The position numbers were made by a program, and so were the translations under genes. The notes beneath the pieces were generated by a model, which did not search any database, was not told where the DNA came from, and saw nothing but the letters and a program-made list of their open reading frames with translations. From NCBI GenBank assembly GCA_963737905.1, contig CAVTUQ010000001.1, forward strand, positions 32,001 to 96,000: DNA of 64,000 bases, read 5' to 3'. Shown one piece after another: positions 10,840 through 20,757 of this stretch (the first letter of the stretch is position 1; each line of letters begins with the position of its first letter). The stretch is from an uncultured delta proteobacterium (GTDB taxonomy: Bacteria > Desulfobacterota > Binatia > UBA9968).

Positions 10840-11142
10840 ATGGATAGGTATCTGACGACCAGTGAGGCGAGACAGAAGTTCTTGAATTTGGTTGACGAAG
10901 TTGAGGATGGCGACCAAGTCATCATTACGAAACGCGGGGTACCCAAAGCCGTCATCGTCAACTTCGAGCAACTGCAAACGTTAAAGGCGGTGGCTCGGCT
11001 CTGGCAAGACCCGGAAGCGCTTAACGCCATGCGGACGTCTTTGGACGAAGTGAAGCAGGGAAGAACGCTCAAGCTCTCTGGAGCACCGACCGTTGACAGA
11101 ATTCTAACCGCTGCTCGTAAAAAGGGCCTCTTGCGTGGCTGA
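10840..11142 (+). CDS. Phd/YefM antitoxin
   Basis: TSEARQKFLNLVDEV...VIITKRGVPKAVIV; GGAGG RBS. Confidence 0.85.
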   Translation: MDRYLTTSEARQKFLNLVDEVEDGDQVIITKRGVPKAVIVNFEQLQTLKAVARLWQDPEALNAMRTSLDEVKQGRTLKLSGAPTVDRILTAARKKGLLRG

Positions 11143-11395
11143 CTATCTTTTCACACGCCAATTTCTCGACGAGCTTTCCGTCTTCGAAAAGTCCGTGAGC
11201 ACTCGCGATCTAGAAACTCTTGAACAAGCGTTGGCTGCCATCGCGCAAAATCCCAACTTGCCTCGACGTATGCCGAGCTTTTATGACCCCTCATCGCCAA
11301 GCTATCTCTATCGCTCAGAAAATATTCTTATCCATTACCGCGTACCGGAGTCCGGAGTCGTCGAGTTCCTGAATTTATTCTGGCCAAGGGTTTAG
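11135..11395 (+). CDS. putative RelE/ParE-like toxin
   Basis: 86 aa, overlaps antitoxin stop; FTRQF...YLYRSENILIHYRV pattern. Confidence 0.6.
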   Translation: MADYLFTRQFLDELSVFEKSVSTRDLETLEQALAAIAQNPNLPRRMPSFYDPSSPSYLYRSENILIHYRVPESGVVEFLNLFWPRV

Positions 11396-11454
11396 GTTAC
11401 CTTTGCGCGACGGCGTTTAATCGATCTCATGTTAGTTTGACCGTTGGTCTCCCA

Positions 11455-12912
11455 CTACCGCATCTTAAAGGCTGGCGGCACGACTTCGTTTATGCTCTTT
11501 CCCGTCCAATGCCATTTGGGCACGCTGTCCCACACTTGTTCGCCTTTCGCCTGAACTTTCTCCAGCAGTTCCTCTTCGTTCAGGCGCAGATACTTGCCGT
11601 CGTCGACCAACGTTTCGCCGTCGACGATGACGGTGCGCACATTGCGGCTCACGGCGGTTTCCATCAAGGATCGAATCGGATCCCGCACAGCGCCGAAGGC
11701 GATGTCCCGGAGATTTATGACGGTAATGTCGGCCTTGGCACCTTTTTCCAGTTTTCCCAAGTCGTCCCGCCCGAGCATCTTTGCGCCGCCCAGGGTCGCC
11801 GCGTTAAACACATCCCGGGGATGGCCGGCCATGAAACTTCTTTCAGCCACCCGTGAGGCCAGCGCGGCGTAGCGCATGTCGGAAATAATATCTTTGGGAA
11901 ACGTGTCCGTGCCGATGCCCATGGTGATGCCGGCTTTGAGATATTTATCGAAGGATTCCATCACGATGCCGAGCTTCAAATACTTGAGCGGGCTATAGGC
12001 CACGGGGGCGCCGGAGTCTGCGATGATTTTCAGATCGTCGCCGTAGGGATAGGCGAGCCAGCTGTGGCCGCTGATGAAAATACAGTGGGAGAGTGAAACC
12101 TCCGGATCGAGAAAGCCGATCTTGTCCAGCAGCTCGATGGGTGTGCAGCGCTCCCGCTGCATCACGGTATGGAATTCGAACAAGTTGATCGTGGCGTGAA
12201 TCTGGATGCGCACTCCTGCTTCCTTTGCGGCCTGCTTCGTATCTTTGAGAAGCTGCGGTGTGCAGGAATCCACATGTCCGGGAAACAACAGAGTGATCAT
12301 CCGGCCGTTGCAGGCGCGGTTGAACTTTTTGGCGAAGTCAACGGCGGCTTTCAGCCCCTTACTTCCCCGCTCGTCATCCCAGTCGTATTCCAGGCGGCCT
12401 TCGCGATCGTGGAAGAAGCTCACGTTCTTATAGCTCGGTCCGGCAGCGCAGCGGATACCGACTTGATCCACCATATCGACGTAGCGCTCCGGCTCTGCGC
12501 CAGGGCCGCCGATATCAAAAGTCGTTGTCGCTCCGCCCTTGAGCACGTGAATCAATGAAAATCTCTGGCCGACGTCAACGTCTTTGAGGTGAGCCGCATG
12601 GGCCCCTTCGCGCGTCGGGCCCCCGTGGGCCAAATAGTTGGAGGCAAAAAAATCGGTCTTCGTCGAATCATTGAGAATATAGTCGCTGGCATTGATACCC
12701 GAATGAAAATGGGTGTCGATGAAGCCGGGAGAGACGAGACAGCCTTTGGCGTCGATCTTCTTATCCACAGGTTGGGCATATTGTTTCCCGACGTACTCGA
12801 TCCGATTACCTTCGAATACGACCACGCCGTCTCTGATAATTTCGTGTTCCTTGCCGTCGAAGCCGACGACATAACCGCCTTGGATGAGGGTTTTCATTGC
12901 CCAGCCTTTCAA
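11455..12912 (-). CDS. metal-dependent amidohydrolase (chlorohydrolase/deaminase-like)
   Basis: SPGFIDTHFH, GIGTD, ATLGGAKMLG, GAKAD. Confidence 0.9.
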   Translation of the reverse strand: MKGWAMKTLIQGGYVVGFDGKEHEIIRDGVVVFEGNRIEYVGKQYAQPVDKKIDAKGCLVSPGFIDTHFHSGINASDYILNDSTKTDFFASNYLAHGGPTREGAHAAHLKDVDVGQRFSLIHVLKGGATTTFDIGGPGAEPERYVDMVDQVGIRCAAGPSYKNVSFFHDREGRLEYDWDDERGSKGLKAAVDFAKKFNRACNGRMITLLFPGHVDSCTPQLLKDTKQAAKEAGVRIQIHATINLFEFHTVMQRERCTPIELLDKIGFLDPEVSLSHCIFISGHSWLAYPYGDDLKIIADSGAPVAYSPLKYLKLGIVMESFDKYLKAGITMGIGTDTFPKDIISDMRYAALASRVAERSFMAGHPRDVFNAATLGGAKMLGRDDLGKLEKGAKADITVINLRDIAFGAVRDPIRSLMETAVSRNVRTVIVDGETLVDDGKYLRLNEEELLEKVQAKGEQVWDSVPKWHWTGKSINEVVPPAFKMR

Positions 12913-13075
12913 ATTTTCAACTCGAACAGGGGCAGGACTAACAAAAGAAGCTACTTAAGACAAGCGTTCACAAGCGCTAGACGGTGATTTCGGACTTAAA
13001 CGGCATGCGACATCATCAGATGAAACGGCAACCGTCACAGCGTGCTTGGATGCCCAGGTAGAGGTCAAGCAAACG

Positions 13076-14170
13076 TCAACGACCTGCCCGTGGTAATTCC
13101 ATGCCCCAAAGCTCTTTGAGAAAACCGCTTTTTTCCAAATTGTTGACGAAAGTATTATCGTAGATTTCTTCGGGGCGCTTTCCAATAGGGATTCCCGACG
13201 CGCGGACAAGCTCCATTGAATCGGCCACCGCTGCGGCGGGGACGATCATTCTACGATCCGTGATCTGTTTCGCGTAGACCTCGTATGCAACCCGCAGGGC
13301 TTCCTCATCTTTGACCCGCATCGCCTTGGAAATAGCGACCTTCGCTTTGCCGGGATTTTTCTCCATAAAAAAAATCGACTCTGCGAATGCGGCGACGACT
13401 CTTTGGACGACCTCCGGCTTATCCCGGAGGATTTTCGAATTCGCATGCAAAGAGCTATAGATAAACGGGAGGTCGAGATCCACTAGACGATAAAGCACGT
13501 TGAACCCATCATTTTTCGCTCGAACATCGAGGGGTGGCGTGACAACGACCCCCTGAACCAAATTTGTTGCCATCGCCTGATAGCGCTCCGACTGACTGCC
13601 TCCGATGGGTCGGATCGCAACCTCATCCGCCATGTTGAATTTCTTAAGCACGGCGCGGGACAACCGCGCGCTCAAATCACCCGGACGAGTCACACCCAGG
13701 GCTTTGCCTTTGAGATCTTCGGGACGTTTGATGTCCTTGCGGGTGACCAGCACATAAGGAAGTTTCACGAGGGGTGCCGCCACCAACTTGGCGTCGACTC
13801 CGGTGGCAAGCCCGGGGATCGTGGCTTCGGCAGCGCAATAGAGAAGTTGAATCTCATCGGCGGCAAGCGCGGCGAGGGAGGCGTTGCTGCCGCGGATGTA
13901 TATATGTTCCATCTTGATTCCGTATTTGTCGAAGATCCCATAGTTCAATGCCGCGTACAGGTGCGCGAATCCTCCAGAGATCGCGCAGGTGGCAATTCTG
14001 AGCGTGACCGGCTTTTCTCCTGGCTTGGGTAAATAGGGATTAGCGCGAGCTGGAGTGATCAAAACGAGGACAAAGAGGAGCGCTATCGATAGACTCATGG
14101 AGACGGGTACCACACCACCCTGCGTCAGTGCTGGACGTTGTTGCTGGCTCCGCGGCGAACGACTCGTCAT
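13076..14170 (-). CDS. NMT1/THI5-like ABC substrate-binding protein
   Basis: signal peptide, EDLKGKALGVTRPG, DNTFVNNLEKSGF tail. Confidence 0.85.
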   Translation of the reverse strand: MTSRSPRSQQQRPALTQGGVVPVSMSLSIALLFVLVLITPARANPYLPKPGEKPVTLRIATCAISGGFAHLYAALNYGIFDKYGIKMEHIYIRGSNASLAALAADEIQLLYCAAEATIPGLATGVDAKLVAAPLVKLPYVLVTRKDIKRPEDLKGKALGVTRPGDLSARLSRAVLKKFNMADEVAIRPIGGSQSERYQAMATNLVQGVVVTPPLDVRAKNDGFNVLYRLVDLDLPFIYSSLHANSKILRDKPEVVQRVVAAFAESIFFMEKNPGKAKVAISKAMRVKDEEALRVAYEVYAKQITDRRMIVPAAAVADSMELVRASGIPIGKRPEEIYDNTFVNNLEKSGFLKELWGMELPRAGR

Positions 14171-14305
14171 AAGCCTCCGTACGATCCTGCCAAGGTCGGT
14201 AGCAGCGCCGAATCCTAGTTCATTTTGCTCCGCTGCTCAACGCCGCACCGCTAGGGCGTTCGGACTCAGGTGGCCCGTAAAGTTCAGCTCTTGCGTAAGG
14301 ATGGG

Positions 14306-15334
14306 TTAGATAGCAAAGCGAAAATGAATGATGTCGCCGTCCTGGACGATGTAATCTTTGCCCTCAAGTCTGAGCTTTCCGGCCTCTTTACACTTCGCCT
14401 CGCTGCCCAAAGCGACAAAGTCCTCGTAGGCGATCACCTCGGCGCGAATAAAGCCACGCTCGATATCGCTATGAATCTTTCCCGCAGCTCTACGCGCAAT
14501 CGTTCCATGGGTGATCGTCCAAGCGCGGACCTCGTCTTCGCCGGTCGTCAGAAAACTGATCAGATCCAACAACCGATAAGACGCCCGGATAAACCTTTCC
14601 CGGGCCGGCTCTTGGATGCCGATCTCCTTCAGGAACGCCTCGCGATCACTTTCATCCAGCTGCGCGACTTCCATCTCAACCTTTCCCGCCAAAACCAAAC
14701 CCTCCAATCCGCGCCGCTTTAATTCATCCTGGTAAGCCGCCGACAGGGGCTGGCCGGCTTTATCGTCCGCCTGATTAAAGAGGACCAAAGCCGGCTTGCG
14801 GCTGAGAAAGCCGAAGCCTGAAAGAAGATTCTCTTCATCGGCGCTAAACTCAATCTTTCTCAGACTCTCCTCATTTTCCAAAGTTGTCGCGCAACGCTCC
14901 AGCAGGGCTTCTTCCTGCGGCCGTGCCTTCTCTTTTTTCAAACGCGTTCGACGATTCTCCACGACCGTCAGGTCCGCGAGGATCATCTCGGTCAGCAAGT
15001 CGTTGAGCTGTCGGAGCGGTTCAGCATCGGGCTCGAAGTCGCGCAGGACCAGAGCCATGGCATCCACCTCGCGCATCTGAGTTATCAGATTATTGTTCCC
15101 CTTGAGATCGTCGTCACTTTCGCTAGCCGGAAAATCGGTAAAGCGAATCTCGGCGTAAGTGGTCTTTTTCGGCTTGAAAACCTGCGACAGTTTGTCAACG
15201 CGCGTATCGGGCACCTTGATAACCCCAAGATGAACCTCTTCCTTGCCCCCGCCGACCTGGGCCTGGAGACCCGTCAGCATGTTGAAGACGGTCGTTTTCC
15301 CCGCGCCACGATGGCCAATCAAGCCTATTTTCAT
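14306..15334 (-). CDS. ychF: YchF-family ATPase/GTPase
   Basis: KVPDTRVDKL, TGEDEVRAWT, AGKIHSDIERGFIRAEV, EGKDYIVQDGD. Confidence 0.85.
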   Translation of the reverse strand: MKIGLIGHRGAGKTTVFNMLTGLQAQVGGGKEEVHLGVIKVPDTRVDKLSQVFKPKKTTYAEIRFTDFPASESDDDLKGNNNLITQMREVDAMALVLRDFEPDAEPLRQLNDLLTEMILADLTVVENRRTRLKKEKARPQEEALLERCATTLENEESLRKIEFSADEENLLSGFGFLSRKPALVLFNQADDKAGQPLSAAYQDELKRRGLEGLVLAGKVEMEVAQLDESDREAFLKEIGIQEPARERFIRASYRLLDLISFLTTGEDEVRAWTITHGTIARRAAGKIHSDIERGFIRAEVIAYEDFVALGSEAKCKEAGKLRLEGKDYIVQDGDIIHFRFAI

Positions 15335-15413
15335 TCAGCCGATTTCTCCCAAACGATTAATCGAAGCGCCTCAATCTAGCAGGAATTACGTGCCGAAGAA
15401 AATCGGACGTTCA

Positions 15414-15869
15414 CTAGCTCGCCAACTGCTGGCGCGCTTGCTTCCGATCCAGCTCTCTCAGCACCATCTCCTTCCACCGGATCAACCCCCGTCGCACATA
15501 GTTCGGATCGAGAGCAACACCCTCGCAGATATTGTCAAAGGAGAACAGGTAGGATTTGTCATCATCGAGAATCCACTGTTCGGCCTCGCGAAACAGCGAC
15601 TGCTTTCGTGGCGTGACGGCTGTTACATTGTCCTGGAAACAGACCACCGCGTCTTCCAGCACGGCCAGCATAAGCAACTGTTCGGGCTGTAAATAAAATC
15701 GGCGGCGGTAGGTGGAGAGATACTGTACCGTGACCAGAATATCGGGCTGAAAAACTGACAGGGCTTTTTCTTCCCAGGGAGAACTTGACTGATTGACCCC
15801 CTTGACCCAGAGCTTGGAACGACGATTATCGTAAGACATTTGTGGCTTGAAACGTTTTTGAGACTTCAT
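15414..15869 (-). CDS. hypothetical protein
   Basis: 151-aa ORF with GGAG RBS; PEQLLMLAVLEDA...FSFDNIC motif. Confidence 0.65.
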   Translation of the reverse strand: MKSQKRFKPQMSYDNRRSKLWVKGVNQSSSPWEEKALSVFQPDILVTVQYLSTYRRRFYLQPEQLLMLAVLEDAVVCFQDNVTAVTPRKQSLFREAEQWILDDDKSYLFSFDNICEGVALDPNYVRRGLIRWKEMVLRELDRKQARQQLAS

Positions 15870-16070
15870 TGGAATTTCTCCGCACGGTTTGGGAACAACA
15901 TTGGCTGCATTGTTCCGTGGGTGTAGGCGATACGCGAGAGCCAGGCCCGTAGGTTCAACAATCTACGGTTCGCGGGCAATGCAACGCAGGCTCCCCAGAT
16001 ACCGGGTAGAAGACGAGATTGAAAGCGTGTCTATTCACCCGGCCTATGGGGGACAACTGGGATGCGGAAA

Positions 16071-16418
16071 TCAAAGCAACAGAACGAGCTGGAGAATCTG
16101 CAGCGAAACTTTCGGCGTGTGGATACGAGTCGCAAGCGGCGCGTGGATTGGCTCCTCAAAATCGGTCCAACCCAAACGAACTTCTTCCAAGTCCGGTCGC
16201 GTGGAGTACGGCACCTCGCCGGTCTCAGATCTGAGACCGAATCGAAACACGTACTGGGTCAGCTGCACGACGCCGTTAGCGGGAACCCGGTGTAGTTCCA
16301 CCCTAAGGCGCTTCCAGGTGGACGGGGAATCATGGGCGGCAAAACTCAAGGCGAACGCCCCGAGAGTAAAGCAGAGCAACATCCCAAGTATCGCCAGTGC
16401 CTTAAAGAGCCGCGTCAT
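16071..16418 (-). CDS. hypothetical protein with N-terminal hydrophobic segment
   Basis: 115-aa ORF with signal-like N-terminus; no family recognised. Confidence 0.4.
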   Translation of the reverse strand: MTRLFKALAILGMLLCFTLGAFALSFAAHDSPSTWKRLRVELHRVPANGVVQLTQYVFRFGLRSETGEVPYSTRPDLEEVRLGWTDFEEPIHAPLATRIHTPKVSLQILQLVLLL

Positions 16419-16670
16419 GTTAATTCTTCCCGACCGCCTTTCAAGCTAGCAATCTTTCAGGGAAAGTCAACACAGGGAATGGGCCGAGCAAAACAAACGA
16501 ATCCCTTTTCTCTGTCAAGTTTACCGCGCAGGCTGCTGAAATACAGCGAAACGACGGATATGCGAAAAACCGCGATCATTTGCCACTTGACGATCAGGAA
16601 AGAAATCAAGTAGTCAAGTCTTATGCCGAGTTGCAGTTAGCCAAAATGCTACTCCCAGGAGGATAGTCAT

Positions 16671-17909
16671 ATGGGCGTCGAGCCGGGTGCAGAGTTATTC
16701 GATTGGCGCGCGCCGAAGGCAGGCGAGAAAGCCGGCTTCGGCAAGTGGAAAAATCCTAAGTCCCCCTACGATCTCTTCATCGAAGCTCAGGACATCCCGA
16801 TACACCGAGACATCGGCGTGCACAAGGTCCAGGACCTGCCGCTCAAGCCGTGGAAACGATTGGGTGGTCGCGGCACCGCCATTCAACTCCTGGGCACGGA
16901 AGGTCTATGGGGGATGTACGTCGTTGAAGTGCCCGGGGCCGGAACGCTCAACCCGGAGCGGCATCTCTATGAGGAAATCTACTATGTCGTGGAAGGGCGT
17001 GGCACCACCGAAGTGTGGCAAGAAAGCAATCCCAAGAAAGTGACTTTTGAATGGAGTCGTGGTTCGCTCTTTGCGATTCCGCTCAACGCCTGGCACCAGG
17101 TGGTTAACGCCACGTCTTCTCCCGCGCTGCTACTGGCGGCCACCACCGCGCCCAATATCGTCAACCTCATCCGTGACCCCCAATTCGTTTTAAATTGTCC
17201 CTACAACTTTCTCGCTCGCTTCGACGCTTCGGACACTTACTTCAAACCGGTGGAAGATATCTACGCCGATCCGGTGCGCGGTCTCGCCATGCGCCGTACC
17301 AACATCATCCCCGACATTCTCACCTGCGAGCTGCCCCCGGACAACCGCCGGGCGTTTGATTACCGGCGCATCGAGCCGCACATGGCCGGCGCCAATTTTT
17401 ACATGAAGATCGCGCAGTACAAGACCGGTCAGTACTCAAAGGCGCACAAACATTCCTCCGGCGCGATCCTCGTCTGCATCAAGGGCAAAGGCTACAGCTT
17501 CACTTGGCCCGATCGCCTCGGCATGCAGCCATGGGAGGCAAGTCTCGGCGAGCAGGTGAAAAAGCAGACTTACGAGCCGGTGGGGATGATCAGCGCCGCG
17601 CCGATGAGGGGCGATTGGTTCCACCAACACTTCGGCACTCATCCCGATGGACTCCGGCTGCTGGTTTTCGACGGCCCCTACGGACCGGGCTTTCGTCGCG
17701 GCGGGTCACCCGGCGGAGACGCTGCCGACATAGGCGCCATTGATACGCGAGAAGGCGGCAACGCCATCTCCTACGTCGACGAGGATCCGCACATCCGCAA
17801 GACGTACGAAGCAACAGTGTCGGCCGAGGGCATGAGCAGCCAGATGCCGGTTTGGGTATACTCGCAGCGGACACCGCCCCAAGGCGAGTTTGAGCCGGGA
17901 GGGGTGTGA
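16671..17909 (+). CDS. bicupin (gentisate dioxygenase-like fold) protein
   Basis: ERHLYEEIYYV..G.G.T, FAIPLNAWHQ; second cupin KAHKH...WFHQHF. Confidence 0.8.
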   Translation: MGVEPGAELFDWRAPKAGEKAGFGKWKNPKSPYDLFIEAQDIPIHRDIGVHKVQDLPLKPWKRLGGRGTAIQLLGTEGLWGMYVVEVPGAGTLNPERHLYEEIYYVVEGRGTTEVWQESNPKKVTFEWSRGSLFAIPLNAWHQVVNATSSPALLLAATTAPNIVNLIRDPQFVLNCPYNFLARFDASDTYFKPVEDIYADPVRGLAMRRTNIIPDILTCELPPDNRRAFDYRRIEPHMAGANFYMKIAQYKTGQYSKAHKHSSGAILVCIKGKGYSFTWPDRLGMQPWEASLGEQVKKQTYEPVGMISAAPMRGDWFHQHFGTHPDGLRLLVFDGPYGPGFRRGGSPGGDAADIGAIDTREGGNAISYVDEDPHIRKTYEATVSAEGMSSQMPVWVYSQRTPPQGEFEPGGV

Positions 17910-17951
17910 AACAGGCATCTTGGTTAGGTGTGGTTCGATTCAGAAGATAAG

Positions 17952-18262
17952 TCACCGCGGAGGCGCTGAGGGCGCAGAGTAAAGAGTTCTTGATCAAGAA
18001 AGACTCCGACCTCTGTGAACTCCGTACTACTATCCTTGAGAATTTTCGCGGCCTGCGCGAATGTTTCGCTGCATTGAAATACTCGAACAGAGGAATTTGA
18101 CTCGCGCCAAGGCGCAAAGTACGCCAAGTTCGGAGGGGAGAGATGAATTATCTGAAAGAAATTCTTCATCGTTATTCTCCGATCTTTGCGGCCTTGGCGT
18201 CTTTGCGGGAGATATTCCGCGTTTCGGTTGCGGCTCTGCCGCGCTGGGTCTCTGTGGTGAAC
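17952..18262. repeat. cluster of short dispersed palindromic repeats
   Basis: CACCGCGGAGGCGCTGAG/CTCTGTG pairs and CGCCAAGGCGCAAAG/CTTTGCGGCCTTGGCG pairs in an intergenic gap. Confidence 0.5.
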
Positions 18263-18347
18263 GAGGTTTTGCCGCTTTGGTTGCGACTCGGCGGCGCCGT
18301 GCTCGTGGATCGTGTTCGTAGTTCAGTAAGTGGATAAAGGACCAAAG

Positions 18348-19307
18348 ATGAAAAATACGTTTTTGTTTTTCCTCTGCTTCATTTTCAGTGGCGTTTCGCC
18401 GGCCTACGTGGTAGGGGCTGCTCCTCGACCGCTGCGGGTTGCCTATATGAGCAATTCGGCGACGATGGCGTCACTATGGATGGCGAAAGAAACCGGCGCG
18501 ATAGCGAAAGAGGGCGTTGATGTCGAAGTGCTGACCGTGAATGCGAGTCTGGCCATTCCGGCGCTCATCGCCGGCGAACTGGATGCCATTCAAATATCCG
18601 CAGCGCCGGTGCTCACCGCTTCGCTGCGCGGACACGATGTCGTTTTCGTCGCCGGTTTGCTCAACACTATGATCTGGAATTTTTATAGCAGACCGGAAAT
18701 CACTAGCGCTGAAGCGCTAAAAGGCAAAGTGATCGGCACCGACCGGCCGGCCACACCGATCGCTTACGGTACCCTGGTCTCGCTGAAAAAGATGGGGCTC
18801 TCGCCCAAAGACGTCCAGCTTTTTCCCATCGGCAGCAGCGCGCAAGTATTAGCGGCGCTTTATGCGGGCCAAGTGATGGGCGGAATCGCGAGTCCGCCGG
18901 CGAGTTTTCAACTGGAAAAGATGGGCTATCGCTCTTTAACCAGTCTCTTGGACGTGCCCTACCAAAACGTCGGGATTGTTATTCGACGGAGCCGCTTCGA
19001 CGAGTTAAGAGACCGCCTGGTGCATTTATTGCGCGCTCTTCGCGTGGGCATCGATCGCTACTACAGCGACAAGAGTTTCGCCGTCAAGGTCATCTCCAAA
19101 TACAACAAAGAAACCGATCCCGAGGCCCTCGACAAATCCTACGAGTTCTATCGCCGCGCCGGCTTCAGGCGAGAGTTGATGGTATCGGAGCCGGGGGTGC
19201 AGGGGATTTTGGACTTCTTGTCGGAGACCATCCCGGAAGCAAAAAAGGCCAAGCCGTCGCAGTTCTTCGATGATCGCTTGGTGAAGCAAGTGGATGGCGG
19301 GAGATAA
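18348..19307 (+). CDS. NMT1/THI5-like ABC substrate-binding protein
   Basis: LWMAKETG, LKGKVIG, PSQFFDDRLV. Confidence 0.85.
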   Translation: MKNTFLFFLCFIFSGVSPAYVVGAAPRPLRVAYMSNSATMASLWMAKETGAIAKEGVDVEVLTVNASLAIPALIAGELDAIQISAAPVLTASLRGHDVVFVAGLLNTMIWNFYSRPEITSAEALKGKVIGTDRPATPIAYGTLVSLKKMGLSPKDVQLFPIGSSAQVLAALYAGQVMGGIASPPASFQLEKMGYRSLTSLLDVPYQNVGIVIRRSRFDELRDRLVHLLRALRVGIDRYYSDKSFAVKVISKYNKETDPEALDKSYEFYRRAGFRRELMVSEPGVQGILDFLSETIPEAKKAKPSQFFDDRLVKQVDGGR

Positions 19308-19384
19308 AAGGGCGTGAGGAGTGAGGCGTGAAACGTGAGGGAAAAAACGACGATCCGTCCGGATCAAAAAGAGAGGTAGATTCC

Positions 19385-20608
19385 ATGGATAACTTTGACA
19401 AGGTGCTTGTCGTCGACGCCGATGGGCATGTATCCGAGGGTAATATCGATTTCGCAAGCCGCTTGCCCGAAAAGTGGCGCTCGCAGGCCCCCGTCAAAGT
19501 TAAAGACAACCTGGGCTACACGCGTAACTTGATCGAAGGCCGGGTGTGGTCGCCCTCGCAAGGGCCCGCCCCGGGCGTGACGGGTCCATTCACCGAGAAG
19601 GCGCGCAAATCGCGGCCGGGGATGACCGATCCTGTCGAACGTCTCAAGGACATGGACCTGGAAGGCATCGATGTCGCGATCCTGTTCGGCACGCCCATCG
19701 CTCTCACCGTGAACGGACTCATGAACGGCGAGTTTGCCGCGGCGTTATGTCGGGTCGTGAACGAGTGGTTGCTGGAATATTGCTCGGCGGATTCTAAACG
19801 GCTGCGCGCTGTCGGATTGATCCCCTGCCAGGTGCCTGAACTTGCGGTCAAGGAGATCGACTTTCTTGCCAAGGCCGGAGCGATCTCGGCCATGCTGCCC
19901 ACCAACGTGTACGGCCGCAACATGGGCGACCCGATGTTCTTTCCCATCTACGAAGCCGCGGAAAAAATCGGCATGACCTTGAGCGTCCATCCGCAAACCG
20001 GCCATGAAGGAATCCCCGGAGTCTCGGGTGTGATGGCGGCGGGGAGCCCGCGCTTTTTCAAATACCCCTATGTCCACATGACCGCTTTCCCCTTCGAGCT
20101 GATGATCGCCATGATGCATATGATCGGCGAGGGCGTCTTCGACCGCTTCCCGAAGCTCAGAGTCGGTTTCATGGAAGGGGCGGCCGGTTGGCTGCCGTTC
20201 TGGATGGAGCGTTTTGACGAGCATCTCGAAAAACTCGCTCCCCAGATGCCGGATCTCAAACGCCGGCCGAGCGAGATCATCAAGAGCGAGCAGCTCATCC
20301 TTACCTGTGAATCCGAAGAGACCGGACTCGATCGGGTCTTAGAGGCCGCGGGTGCGGGGACTGTGTGTTACGCTTCCGACTATTGTCACTGGGATTGCCA
20401 CTTCCCGGACTCGGTCAAAGACATCGTGGAAGCACGCGACTTGAATTTCGATCAGAAGGAAAGCGTTCTTGGCCTCAATGCGATTGACTTCTTCGAGCTC
20501 AAAAATCTTCCGGAACCCAGAGCGTTAAAAATCGCTCAGCAGACCTGGCAGGAAGCCAATGGAGAGAAGGCGACGGCCAAACGATACGAGGCGCGCGAAA
20601 ACGTTTAG
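19385..20608 (+). CDS. amidohydrolase-2 family protein
   Basis: VDADGHV, DMDLEGID, FPKLRVGFMEG, ASDYCHWD. Confidence 0.9.
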   Translation: MDNFDKVLVVDADGHVSEGNIDFASRLPEKWRSQAPVKVKDNLGYTRNLIEGRVWSPSQGPAPGVTGPFTEKARKSRPGMTDPVERLKDMDLEGIDVAILFGTPIALTVNGLMNGEFAAALCRVVNEWLLEYCSADSKRLRAVGLIPCQVPELAVKEIDFLAKAGAISAMLPTNVYGRNMGDPMFFPIYEAAEKIGMTLSVHPQTGHEGIPGVSGVMAAGSPRFFKYPYVHMTAFPFELMIAMMHMIGEGVFDRFPKLRVGFMEGAAGWLPFWMERFDEHLEKLAPQMPDLKRRPSEIIKSEQLILTCESEETGLDRVLEAAGAGTVCYASDYCHWDCHFPDSVKDIVEARDLNFDQKESVLGLNAIDFFELKNLPEPRALKIAQQTWQEANGEKATAKRYEARENV

Positions 20609-20686
20609 GATTGCGCTTAATCTTCTTTGACCTCCGTCTCAGTAAGCTATGTCACAATAAGCGAACCAGCGCGTTGATTATTCCCA

Positions 20687-20741
20687 TGTCATTTCGAGCA
20701 TAGCGAGAAATTTAGATCCCTCGCATTCGCTCGGGATGACA
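20687..20741. repeat. REP-like palindrome between convergent genes
   Basis: TGTCATTTCGAGC...GCTCGGGATGACA. Confidence 0.55.
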
Positions 20742-20757
20742 ACCTCAATCCGCGCTA

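Noticed and set aside
19308-19340. GTGAG-type short tandem repeats (and CAACG repeats near 24260)
   Set aside because: Low-complexity intergenic repeats with no sign of specific function.
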